From NCBI GenBank assembly GCA_963696385.1, contig CAVOKF010000004.1:704001-768000 (forward strand): a stretch of 64,000 nucleotides of DNA. The letters run 5' to 3'. A model generated the notes under the pieces. The model made no database searches. It saw nothing but the letters and a program-made list of their open reading frames with translations, and had not been told where the DNA came from. The position numbers and the translations under genes were made by a program. Position 1 is the stretch's first letter; each line of letters opens with the position of its first letter. Of the stretch, positions 32,781-41,492 are shown in pieces. The stretch is from an uncultured delta proteobacterium. Lineage in GTDB: Bacteria > Myxococcota_A > Polyangia > Polyangiales > Polyangiaceae.

Positions 32781-33563
32781 TCAGGGCTTGGCAAATAGCA
32801 ACGCGAACCGATCGCTTGTCCCCCGCCGCTCCGCGGCCGCCTCCGGGGAGTCGTTCCAGTCGCGCGAATCCGAGGGGTTGCGCAGAAAGCTTCCTTCGCG
32901 TTCCAACACGAAACCGGCTTGTTGCACTTCCGATCGCACGACCGCCTCGTCGATGCGATGCAGCGTGTGCACGTCGGCGATCCCGGTCCCGGGCCGGGCG
33001 CTATGATCGATGACGGCGTATTTGCCGCCCTTCTTGAGCGCAGCGAACACCGCGCGATTCATCGCCCCGCGATCGACGCCCAGCCAAACCGTGTCGTGAT
33101 ACACGAGGTTGATGACGACCCTATCGAGATCGCTTGCCTCGGGCGGAAACGGCTCGTCAAGTTCTCGGTCCACCCGCACGATATTCTTCGCGGCCGGCGT
33201 GGACAGCCGTTTCGTCCAAGCCCCTTCGGATCCCTGCAGGATGATCCGAGGATTCTCGGCGTAGACCACACCGGTCGGCGCGACCGCTCGCGCGAGGATC
33301 TCTGCGGTATACCCCGCGCCAGCCGCCAGCTCTCCGACGCGCATCCCTGGTACGATACCGAGGAACGTCAACATTTCTGCCGGGTGTCGACCCGGGTCGA
33401 GCAGCCGGTCCGAGGGCGAACGATCGGGCGCCGCGACGAGGGCGCGAGCCTCGGAGGATGCGATCCGGGGTGTGGGCTCGGGCACGGGTGCCGATGGAGC
33501 GGGGCAGGCCGAGGCGGTTGCGACGGTCGCCGCGGCGCAGAGGGCGACGTAAAAAAGGCGCAC
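32781..33563 (-). CDS. Class I SAM-dependent methyltransferase with signal peptide
   Basis: DPGRHPAEMLTFLGIVPGMRVGELAAGAGYT, LVYHD, ALKKGG.YAVIDH, LRNPSD, SDRFALLF. Confidence 0.88.
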   Translation of the reverse strand: MRLFYVALCAAATVATASACPAPSAPVPEPTPRIASSEARALVAAPDRSPSDRLLDPGRHPAEMLTFLGIVPGMRVGELAAGAGYTAEILARAVAPTGVVYAENPRIILQGSEGAWTKRLSTPAAKNIVRVDRELDEPFPPEASDLDRVVINLVYHDTVWLGVDRGAMNRAVFAALKKGGKYAVIDHSARPGTGIADVHTLHRIDEAVVRSEVQQAGFVLEREGSFLRNPSDSRDWNDSPEAAAERRGTSDRFALLFAKP

Positions 33564-33756
33564 CTCGTTGAGATGCTTCGGCGCCGCGCTTCGTGACGGT
33601 CGCCGCGCGAGACTGCCGCCGGCGTCCGATTCCGCCGCCCCTTGCGCCGGGGGCTAACCGGTCACCGCGACGCCCGCGCTCTCGACTCCTCGCACGGCGC
33701 TCCATCGGACGTGCCGAGCGACGATCCGACCGAAGTCCATGACCGTGTCATCGTTT

Positions 33757-35487
33757 CTAGCGCTCGATCCCCACCAGACGGTATCCGCGAGTCGGTCCGA
33801 GATCGTACAAATGCACCCGCAGCGGTGCCTCGGAGACACCGTCCTGCAGCGCAACATGGACATAGCGGCTCGGCGCGTCGTCTGGTTCCCCGCCGTCTCT
33901 TGCGACGTGACCGAGGTCCACGCACAAGCGCGCGCCCTCGCCCTTTGCAACGGGCAGGATGACTCCGCCGTCCATGCGTACGACGTAGCGGAAACCATCG
34001 GATTTTCGCACACGGCGCGACGCGGCCAGGTCGACGGCGCAGAGTCGGTCGCCCCTTTCGATCTGCACGGAGGCGATGGGCGATAGCCGTGTGAGATACC
34101 GCTCGAGGATGCGTTCGAGCCGTCCCTCGAGCACGCGAGCGACGTACGCGGTATTCCGCGGATCGGTGAATCGCCCTGCCTCGGCGAGCGCAAGGACCAT
34201 CTCCGGAGTGAAGCGCGCGAGGATGCGTGCCATCCAGGCGGCGTCGCGCTCGGTCATCCGTGCGAACGCCGGATTCGGATATTCGTTCTTCCACCGGTCG
34301 GGAACGAAGTGATCGGCGTCGAAGTAGCCGAAGACTTCGTACCCGGCGACTCGGTTGCGGTCCCACGGGCGCAACGGGATTCCCAGGGTCAAAAAGTCCG
34401 ATGCGATGTCGGCCCAATCGACGATATAGGAGTAGCCCATGCGTCGGGTGATGGCTTCTTGGGGCCAGTTCGCCCCGAGGCAGTCGCCCCAGTCGAGGTA
34501 CGAGTGGACCACCCGGCCGGGCGAGGAGTCGGGGTCGCTCGGGCGATTCGCGAGCCAGATGTCCATGCCGTTTTTCTCGTTGCTGTCGACGTGTCCGAGC
34601 CATGCCGCCAACAAGCGATCGGCGCGTAGTTCGCGACGGTCCTCGTGCGGCACGACGTCGTTCGGATCGTCGGCGCGCATCCCTTCGTAGCGAAAGGGGC
34701 CCAACAGCCGCCCCGGCAGCCACGCCGACGCAAGCATGCGGACGCTGTCGCCACGACGGGGTGCAGCGCGCAGGATTCGGTCGAGCGCTTCGCGATCGAA
34801 ATCACGCTCGTCGCCCAATGTCGAGAATTTGTAGCGTAGCCCTCGGGTGAGCTTTAAGGTCGACGGCTTGAAGTAGACGACTTGCTCGCAAGTCGTGTTG
34901 TAACCGACGGCGTGATACGCGGCCGAGGCGATGACGGTGGCCGCGCTCGACAGCTCCGGCTGATCGGGGTCATCGAGCTTGAATAGGTACCTGCCTTTGC
35001 CTGGAATGTTCACGCGAAAGCCGGGCGAATTGCCGCTCGTCTTGCCCTTGTCGATGACCCAGCTGCCGTCGGTGGCACTGTCGGCATCGATCAGCAACGA
35101 CGAATCGCAAGCTCCGAGCACGAGCTCGTCGCGGCTCATGGGCCTCACGCCCAGGCGGTTGGTGAACCAGGAAGAGTCGGGCACCTCGTCGAGGCTGTTG
35201 ACGTCCACGGACTCGTCGCTCACAGCGATGCCGAGAGTCTGCGACAGCGGGCGAAAAAGAACGTTGTCGGCCTCGTCCCAGAATTGGGGGGACACGTACG
35301 CCTGTGGCGCGCAGGATACGTGCCGCGGGTTCGTTGCCGTCGGTTCCAGGTGACAAGGCGCCATGACCGAGCCAAGGTCACCGTCCTGCCAGAGGGGCTC
35401 TCGCAGCGGAAAGCGACGCTCCGCGTGAGCGCACGATGCGATCGCCAAGCACTCGATCAAGGCGAGGGAGCGAGCCTGAGAACGCAT
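33757..35487 (-). CDS. Lipoprotein with atypical protein-kinase-like fold
   Basis: Lipobox IASC; KGKTSGNSPGF, YLFKLD, PELSS, HVDSNEKN (Dx4N), YLDWG. Confidence 0.65.
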   Translation of the reverse strand: MRSQARSLALIECLAIASCAHAERRFPLREPLWQDGDLGSVMAPCHLEPTATNPRHVSCAPQAYVSPQFWDEADNVLFRPLSQTLGIAVSDESVDVNSLDEVPDSSWFTNRLGVRPMSRDELVLGACDSSLLIDADSATDGSWVIDKGKTSGNSPGFRVNIPGKGRYLFKLDDPDQPELSSAATVIASAAYHAVGYNTTCEQVVYFKPSTLKLTRGLRYKFSTLGDERDFDREALDRILRAAPRRGDSVRMLASAWLPGRLLGPFRYEGMRADDPNDVVPHEDRRELRADRLLAAWLGHVDSNEKNGMDIWLANRPSDPDSSPGRVVHSYLDWGDCLGANWPQEAITRRMGYSYIVDWADIASDFLTLGIPLRPWDRNRVAGYEVFGYFDADHFVPDRWKNEYPNPAFARMTERDAAWMARILARFTPEMVLALAEAGRFTDPRNTAYVARVLEGRLERILERYLTRLSPIASVQIERGDRLCAVDLAASRRVRKSDGFRYVVRMDGGVILPVAKGEGARLCVDLGHVARDGGEPDDAPSRYVHVALQDGVSEAPLRVHLYDLGPTRGYRLVGIER

Positions 35488-35569
35488 ATTCTACGGAAAG
35501 CGTGGCCCGGCCGACGAGTCGCCCGCCCGCTGACGTTTGGCGCGAACGGGCCCGTCACGACCCGGGCGA

Positions 35570-35842
35570 ATGAACATCCAACTCCCGGCGATGGCGGCGA
35601 ACGTTTCGTGCAACTCGTGCAAGTGGTGCGCCGACCACCTCGGCGACTACGCCGAGGGCCTTCTCGAGCACGACTTGCAAACCGCGTTGCAAGCCCATGT
35701 CGCTTCTTGCTCGCACTGTACCCGTCTGGTCCATGACTATCTGGCGATCCCAAGAGTCGTTCGGCGCGGCACCGATTGCGAGATGCCGCAGGAAGTCCAA
35801 AGCCGCCTGCGTAGACGGCTCGCGATGAGCTCGAAATCTTGA
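35570..35842 (+). CDS. Soluble zinc-binding anti-sigma factor (zf-HC2/ZAS)
   Basis: C...LGDY..G.L...LQAHVASCSHC (HxxxCxxC); alternative start 35591. Confidence 0.85.
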   Translation: MNIQLPAMAANVSCNSCKWCADHLGDYAEGLLEHDLQTALQAHVASCSHCTRLVHDYLAIPRVVRRGTDCEMPQEVQSRLRRRLAMSSKS

Positions 35843-36004
35843 CGGCGCGATCGTGCGCGAATTTTGCGCATTTCCGCATGCTCTGCGGGTCTTTCCACCC
35901 CGCGTACATGAACTTCAACCCCGGATCGCCAAGACCCGCGCCCCCGAGCTCACAGGGTCCGCTGGCAGCGGGGTGGCCCTGCGATTGCACGGACTGCCGA
36001 TACC

Positions 36005-36604
36005 ATGCTCGTCAGCACCACGGAAGCGTTGACCACGGACGAGGCGCTCGCGGAACAGGCGCGACGAGGCATCCAGAGCGCGTTCGTCGTGTTGGTGACG
36101 CGTTACCAGAAGCGCATCTACCGTCTCGCCATGCGCATGTCGCGAAACGCGAGCGACGCGGAGGAAATCACACAAGAAACCTTCCTGCGTGCGCATCGCG
36201 GGATCAGCACCTTTCACGGCGCATCGCGCTTTAGGACGTGGCTCTACCGAATCGCCATGAACGAGGCACTCATGCGTTGGCGGTCGGCTAAGCGTCGTCC
36301 AACCGAGTCGCTCGACGTCGCCTTGCCCCGGTTCGCCGACGTTGCAGCGGCGGCCTCGGCTCCTTCGGAGCGCGCGGACGATCTGGTCGGAAGCAAGGCA
36401 CTGATGCAGCATGTGCGAGAGGCTCTCGACCGGCTCGACGAAGAGCACCGATCGGCGCTGGTCTTGCGGGACCTGGAGGAATGGACAGCGGAAGAGGCGG
36501 CAGAGGTGCTCGGTGTTTCGCCGGATGTCGTTCGACAGCGCGCGCATCGAACGCGTTTGAAACTGCGCGAGATGCTGGCGGGCTTCCTGACCGACGGCAC
36601 GTGA
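36005..36604 (+). CDS. ECF sigma-70 factor
   Basis: DAEEITQETFLRA, FRTWLYRIAMN, ALVLRDLE..TAEEAAEVLG..VRQRAHRTRLKLR. Confidence 0.93.
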   Translation: MLVSTTEALTTDEALAEQARRGIQSAFVVLVTRYQKRIYRLAMRMSRNASDAEEITQETFLRAHRGISTFHGASRFRTWLYRIAMNEALMRWRSAKRRPTESLDVALPRFADVAAAASAPSERADDLVGSKALMQHVREALDRLDEEHRSALVLRDLEEWTAEEAAEVLGVSPDVVRQRAHRTRLKLREMLAGFLTDGT

Positions 36605-37494
36605 GCTTGCGGTGCCGAACGATCGGTCTCGCGATCCTCCTGGCGCTGCTCGGTTCGTCGACCGCTCGCGCCACCGACGGGGTGTCGCTTCCGGCGCAAT
36701 GGGATCCGCGATGGACGCACGCCGGTCCCGACGACTATGCGCTGACCGGCGGCGGTCTCGCAACGCTGGCTTTCGAGGCGACGTTCCTGCAGGGTGAACA
36801 ACCTGCACTGCACTGGACCGGCCCCATCCTTTTCGACCGGGCCGTCCGGGACGTGCTGCGCGGCTCGACGGCCCAAACCCGCGACGCGGCGGCGGTGGCG
36901 AGCTGGTCGATTCTGGCGCTGGACATCGCCTACCCGCTTTTCGACGTGCCGTACGCGTGGCGACGCTACGGATCGGCGCTGGCCTGGGATCTCTTCTGGC
37001 AAGACGCGACGGCGATCTCGCTCGTCAGTGCCACCGACTTGGCTCTTCGCGACGTCATCGGTCGAGCGCGTCCCATGGTGAGCGACTGCTTGGCTGCCGG
37101 CGGCAGCGCGAGCCAGTGCCTCGGCGACAACACGGAGGCCACGCGCTCGTTTCCCGGGGGACATTTCGCCATAGCCACGACGGCCGCGGTTCTCGTGTGC
37201 ACCCAGCATCTGGCCATCCACCTGTACGGCTCGCCTTGGGATGCCCTTACGTGCGCAACGGCTCTGACGGTGGACGCGGCGGTCGGTACGTTGCGTCTGG
37301 TCACCGACAACCACTGGGCCTCCGACATCCTCGCGGGCGGTGCGCTCGGATTCGCGTTCGGCTGGGGTGTTCCGGTCGTCATGCATCTGCACGCACACGC
37401 CGCTCGATCCGGCCCCGGCCCCCTCGCGATCGCGGTTCCGATGCCTTTGTCGGTCCATCACGGGGCGGGGCTCGGCATCACCGGCTGGTTCTGA
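36601..37494 (+). CDS. PAP2 family phosphatase
   Basis: IGRARP, SFPGGH, LRLVTDNHWASDILAG; GTGA overlap with sigma gene. Confidence 0.88.
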   Translation: MSLRCRTIGLAILLALLGSSTARATDGVSLPAQWDPRWTHAGPDDYALTGGGLATLAFEATFLQGEQPALHWTGPILFDRAVRDVLRGSTAQTRDAAAVASWSILALDIAYPLFDVPYAWRRYGSALAWDLFWQDATAISLVSATDLALRDVIGRARPMVSDCLAAGGSASQCLGDNTEATRSFPGGHFAIATTAAVLVCTQHLAIHLYGSPWDALTCATALTVDAAVGTLRLVTDNHWASDILAGGALGFAFGWGVPVVMHLHAHAARSGPGPLAIAVPMPLSVHHGAGLGITGWF

Positions 37495-37657
37495 CGACCG
37501 TTGGCCGTGGGGTCAGCCGCCGTCGAATGTCCTCGGCCGATCGCCAAAGGGCTCGGATCCACCTCCGCGTTTGCGCTTGCGGCGCTCACCCGAGTCCACG
37601 TCGACATCGACGTGGGTCCACCCGCTCCGGGCCGACCCCACGCCGGGCTTCGGTCGC

Positions 37658-38062
37658 TCACCGCTTTTTCTTGGATGCCTTTTTTGCGCCCTTCTTCGCC
37701 GGCTTGGCCTTCGACCAGACGCCCAGTGTCGCGCCCGTCGGATCTGCGAAGATCCCGATGATGCCATTCTTGCCGATATCCATCGGTGGCAGGACGACCT
37801 TGGCGCCGCCCTTCTCCGCCTTCGCGAGGATCTTCTTCACGTTGTCCACTTCGACATACGGCAACCATGTGACCGGAGCTCCGGGCATAGGTTGCGCTTG
37901 AATGCCGCCTCCGGGCCCCTTGCCGGCGGCGATCATCGTGTAGACGCCGCCGTCCCCCATCGGCGTATCGGTCAACTTCCAATCGAAGAGTTTCTTGTAG
38001 AATTTCTTTGCAGCACCGAGGTCTCCGGTCGTCAATTCGATGTGGGCAAACGGATTGGCCAT
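37658..38062 (-). CDS. VOC/glyoxalase family protein with Lys-rich tail
   Basis: HIELTT.D..AAKKFYKKLFDW, WLPYVEVDNV, PPMDI, FADPTGATLGVW. Confidence 0.9.
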   Translation of the reverse strand: MANPFAHIELTTGDLGAAKKFYKKLFDWKLTDTPMGDGGVYTMIAAGKGPGGGIQAQPMPGAPVTWLPYVEVDNVKKILAKAEKGGAKVVLPPMDIGKNGIIGIFADPTGATLGVWSKAKPAKKGAKKASKKKR

Positions 38063-38249
38063 GGGCTCTCTCCTGGGAAAATCGGGGATGTCAGCATCGC
38101 TCGCGCCGAGCGTGTCACCCAAGAGACCACGTTCTTGTCCCGAATCAAAGGTCGCGGGGGCCGAGGTTGTTCGTTGCGGTTCGAGTGGAGCGCGGCTTAG
38201 AGCGGCGCCGCGGGAGGCCCAGCGCGAGGATTGATGGTATGCCGTCGAC

Positions 38250-39695
38250 GTGGCGTCCGGCCCTCGCGCATCTGCAGATACGACGGCGCCCTCGTCCTCC
38301 CTGGGTGCCGGAGCCTCGGCGCGCATCCAGCAGCTTCATTGGGTCCACGGCCCCGATTGCGAGAAGGGTCCGCGCGATCGGCGCGATGAGGATTGTCTTC
38401 CCGAGCGGGCCTCCCGTGTGACGATCGACACGGACGAACTGGTTCTCGGCCGGGAACCCGAGGGCGCGAGGACGCTGGTGGTTTCTGACAAACGCGTATC
38501 TCGCATTCACGCCGCATTCGCTCGCGACGGCGCCACGGGTGACATGTGCGTTGCCGACCGCGGTAGCCGCCACGGCACCATCGTGGACGGAAATCGAATC
38601 GAGGGTGCCACCCGGCTGGTCCACGGGAGTGTCATCCGCCTGGGCGAATCCATCTTCGTTTTCACCGATTCACTGCTGCGGATGGAGGAGGCGAAAGCCC
38701 TGGCGCCCGAGACGCCTGCCTTGCGGGGAACGAGCCTTTCCATGCAGCGGGTGCGCGGGGAGATCGCGCTCGTCGCGCCCCGTTCGCTGCCTGTGCTCAT
38801 TCTCGGCGAAACAGGGGTCGGCAAGGAGCTCGTCGCGCAGGAGATCCATCGCCAGAGCCGACGGAGCGGGCCGCTCTTGGCCGTGAACTGCGCCGCCATC
38901 GCTGCAACACTCGCGGAGACGGAGCTGTTCGGGCACGCCGCGGGCGCATTCACGGGGGCGACGCAAAGAAGCGACGGAGTGTTCGTGGCGGCAGACCAAG
39001 GAACTCTCTTTTTGGACGAGATCGCAGAGCTTCCGCTCGCCCTTCAACCCAAACTGTTGCGCACCCTTGCAACCGGTGAGGTCCGCCCTGTCGGCCGAAC
39101 CGACTCGCGCAGGGTCGACGTGCGTCTCGTCGCGGCCACCCACGGCGATCTGCAAGGGGCCGTCGACCGGGGCGGCTTTCGGGGGGACCTCTTGGCTCGG
39201 CTCGCTGGGTGGACTCTCCGGGTGCCACCGCTTCGCGAGCGCCGGGAGGACATTGTCGGACTCGCACGACTCTTTCTCAAGCGGGTCGCCGCCGATCTTC
39301 GCTTGTCGGCCGGGTGCGTCGAGGCGCTCGTGCTGGGCGAGTGGCGATACAACGTTCGCGAGCTCGAGCAGGTGTTGGCGGCCGCGGCCATCCGCGCCGA
39401 TCGTGGCGTCATCCGTCCGGAGCATTTGCCCGAGGCGATGGCGCGTCCGGTGCTGGAGCGTACGGCGGTTCGATCCGATGCCGCGCGGGCCCCGCTGCAA
39501 GCGCTGGTTTCGCCGGACGCGATCCCGGACGCCGATGGACTCGGGCGCGTCGTGCAATGGTTTGACGGCAACATCGCTCGGGTCGCCAGTTACTTCGGCA
39601 AGGATCGAAAGCAGATTTACCGTTGGGCCGACCGACTCGGCGTCGATCTCCAATCCGCGCGCACAGCCGTCGGCACGGACGACGAGGCAGGCTGA
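38250..39695 (+). CDS. FHA-domain sigma-54-dependent transcriptional activator (Fis HTH)
   Basis: [69 protein letters not shown]; start uncertain. Confidence 0.92.
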   Translation: MASGPRASADTTAPSSSLGAGASARIQQLHWVHGPDCEKGPRDRRDEDCLPERASRVTIDTDELVLGREPEGARTLVVSDKRVSRIHAAFARDGATGDMCVADRGSRHGTIVDGNRIEGATRLVHGSVIRLGESIFVFTDSLLRMEEAKALAPETPALRGTSLSMQRVRGEIALVAPRSLPVLILGETGVGKELVAQEIHRQSRRSGPLLAVNCAAIAATLAETELFGHAAGAFTGATQRSDGVFVAADQGTLFLDEIAELPLALQPKLLRTLATGEVRPVGRTDSRRVDVRLVAATHGDLQGAVDRGGFRGDLLARLAGWTLRVPPLRERREDIVGLARLFLKRVAADLRLSAGCVEALVLGEWRYNVRELEQVLAAAAIRADRGVIRPEHLPEAMARPVLERTAVRSDAARAPLQALVSPDAIPDADGLGRVVQWFDGNIARVASYFGKDRKQIYRWADRLGVDLQSARTAVGTDDEAG

Positions 39696-39853
39696 CTCGC
39701 CGCCGACGAGGGAGCGCCGTTTGACGGCAGCCAGGGAGGCCCCGCGGCAGCTCGTCCGCCCGATCGCGCTCTTCGTCGGTAATATGGCGATCCCGCCCGA
39801 TCGCGCTGGCCCTTGAAGGTGCGTTGCGGGCAACATGGATCAAGCGAAAAAAC

Positions 39854-40591
39854 GTGAAAACCACTTTGCCGCTGCGTCTGCGAGCCTTGGGTGCGGCCGT
39901 TGCCACGATGTCGATGGCGTGGGCTTCTGGCTGTTCCTCGACCGAGACCAATCTGCCGCTTGTCGGAAACTGCGACGCCCACTGCTCCTTGCCGAGCGAG
40001 AGCGTCGGGATTTCGGCAGCCCAGTCGAGCGAAGCGGGGTCGGGGGCATGTCCCGTCGAGACGACAGACTCTCTTTGTCTTCAATGTCTCAGCGCCGATT
40101 GCTGTACGACGCTCAACGCGTGCGGATCGACCGCGGAGTGCCAAAATTTGGTCAACTGCGAGGGGGCTTGCACGGGCGCGGCGTGCACCGCCGGCTGCGA
40201 GCAGGCCTTTCCGAATGGCGCCATCGCCCTCGAGGCGCTGAAGGCGTGCGAGTCGGCCCAATGCCAGGTGTGCAGTCAGCTGGGCGTCGGTGATTCGTGC
40301 TACGTCGCAGGATCCACGTGCAACGCCGGACTGTCGTGCACCGGTCTCTGGTGCACCGAAGCCTGCGCGCTCACGTCCGATTGCGTGGGGCTCGGCGCGG
40401 CCGGCGGCAACTCGCTGGGCCAACCCAACGCCTGCATCCAAGGCGCGAGCGGCAGCGACACGTGCGTTCCGGGTTGCACGGCGGATTCGGACTGCCAATC
40501 GTTCCCGGGCACGTATTGTCTCTCGACGACCTCCGTGGCCGGTCTGTCCGTGATGGTGTGCACGAGCCCTCCCGACGCCGGCCCCGGCTGA
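39854..40591 (+). CDS. Cysteine-rich lipoprotein
   Basis: Lipobox ASGC; 29 Cys in about 245 aa. Confidence 0.8.
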   Translation: MKTTLPLRLRALGAAVATMSMAWASGCSSTETNLPLVGNCDAHCSLPSESVGISAAQSSEAGSGACPVETTDSLCLQCLSADCCTTLNACGSTAECQNLVNCEGACTGAACTAGCEQAFPNGAIALEALKACESAQCQVCSQLGVGDSCYVAGSTCNAGLSCTGLWCTEACALTSDCVGLGAAGGNSLGQPNACIQGASGSDTCVPGCTADSDCQSFPGTYCLSTTSVAGLSVMVCTSPPDAGPG

Positions 40592-40661
40592 AGTCTCTAC
40601 GCGCGCCGAGTCGATGAGTCGGTCGAACGCTCGACGGGTCGGCTCACGGCGATCCGGTTCG

Positions 40662-41411
40662 TCAGTCGAAAGAGGGCGAGCCCTGAAATACATAAGACCC
40701 GACGTGCCGGAGTCGGCTTCGAGTGTCGAGCCAGATCTTGCCGCCGATGCGCCGCCAGCGGTGACAGAAAGTGAAATCCTCGCTCAGGAACGTGCCGGTT
40801 TCTGGCTCGATCATGCAATCGAACAGAGTGTACAGGTTCGAGCTTTGGCGCGCCGGAGCCGGGTAGGTGTGCATGGCCCCGTAGTGCGTCTCAGGGTAGG
40901 CAGCGACCAGCCGCTCGACGACTGTCCTCCGAATCAGCATGAATCCCGTTCCGGCAAATTGCGCCGTGACGAAGCCATCGCGCTCCTCACGGTCGCTCGC
41001 GGACAGGGGTACTCCCACGTAGTGCAGCCCGGCCTCCCGCAGCTGGTCCACGGTGAGGCTCTCGGTGGCCGATCGCCGCGCGGCTTGTGACCAGTCCAGG
41101 TTCTTGACGGGGTACATTCCCGCAACGACATCCTCGTCGAAAGCGAGAAGACGCCCCACCTCCTGCGGTTCGAACCCCGTATCCGCATCGATGAACAGCA
41201 GGTGAGTGGCGTCGGGGCTGTCGAGGAATCCGGCGAGGATGCTGTTTCGGCTGCGCGTAACGAGTGAGTCGTGGGCCGCCGTCCATAGGCCAACCCGGAT
41301 GTTGTGCGTGCTGGCGTACGCCATCAGCTTCAACATCGAGTGAAGGTAAACGTGCGTGACGAGACCGGCGTAGCACGGTGTTCCGACGATCACGTTCGGG
41401 GGCGACGGCAT
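40662..41411 (-). CDS. GT-A fold glycosyltransferase-like protein
   Basis: VGTPCY, SLVTRSRN, THLLFIDAD (DxD), GTGFMLIRR, LSEDFTFC.RW, LRHVG. Confidence 0.78.
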   Translation of the reverse strand: MPSPPNVIVGTPCYAGLVTHVYLHSMLKLMAYASTHNIRVGLWTAAHDSLVTRSRNSILAGFLDSPDATHLLFIDADTGFEPQEVGRLLAFDEDVVAGMYPVKNLDWSQAARRSATESLTVDQLREAGLHYVGVPLSASDREERDGFVTAQFAGTGFMLIRRTVVERLVAAYPETHYGAMHTYPAPARQSSNLYTLFDCMIEPETGTFLSEDFTFCHRWRRIGGKIWLDTRSRLRHVGSYVFQGSPSFD

Positions 41412-41492
41412 GGCGTTCAGGGTACCACCCGCCCCGCGCGCCTCGAGCCGCCGCGTGCAAGCCACGTTACAAGTGTTAGCGTGGCTGGCGCG

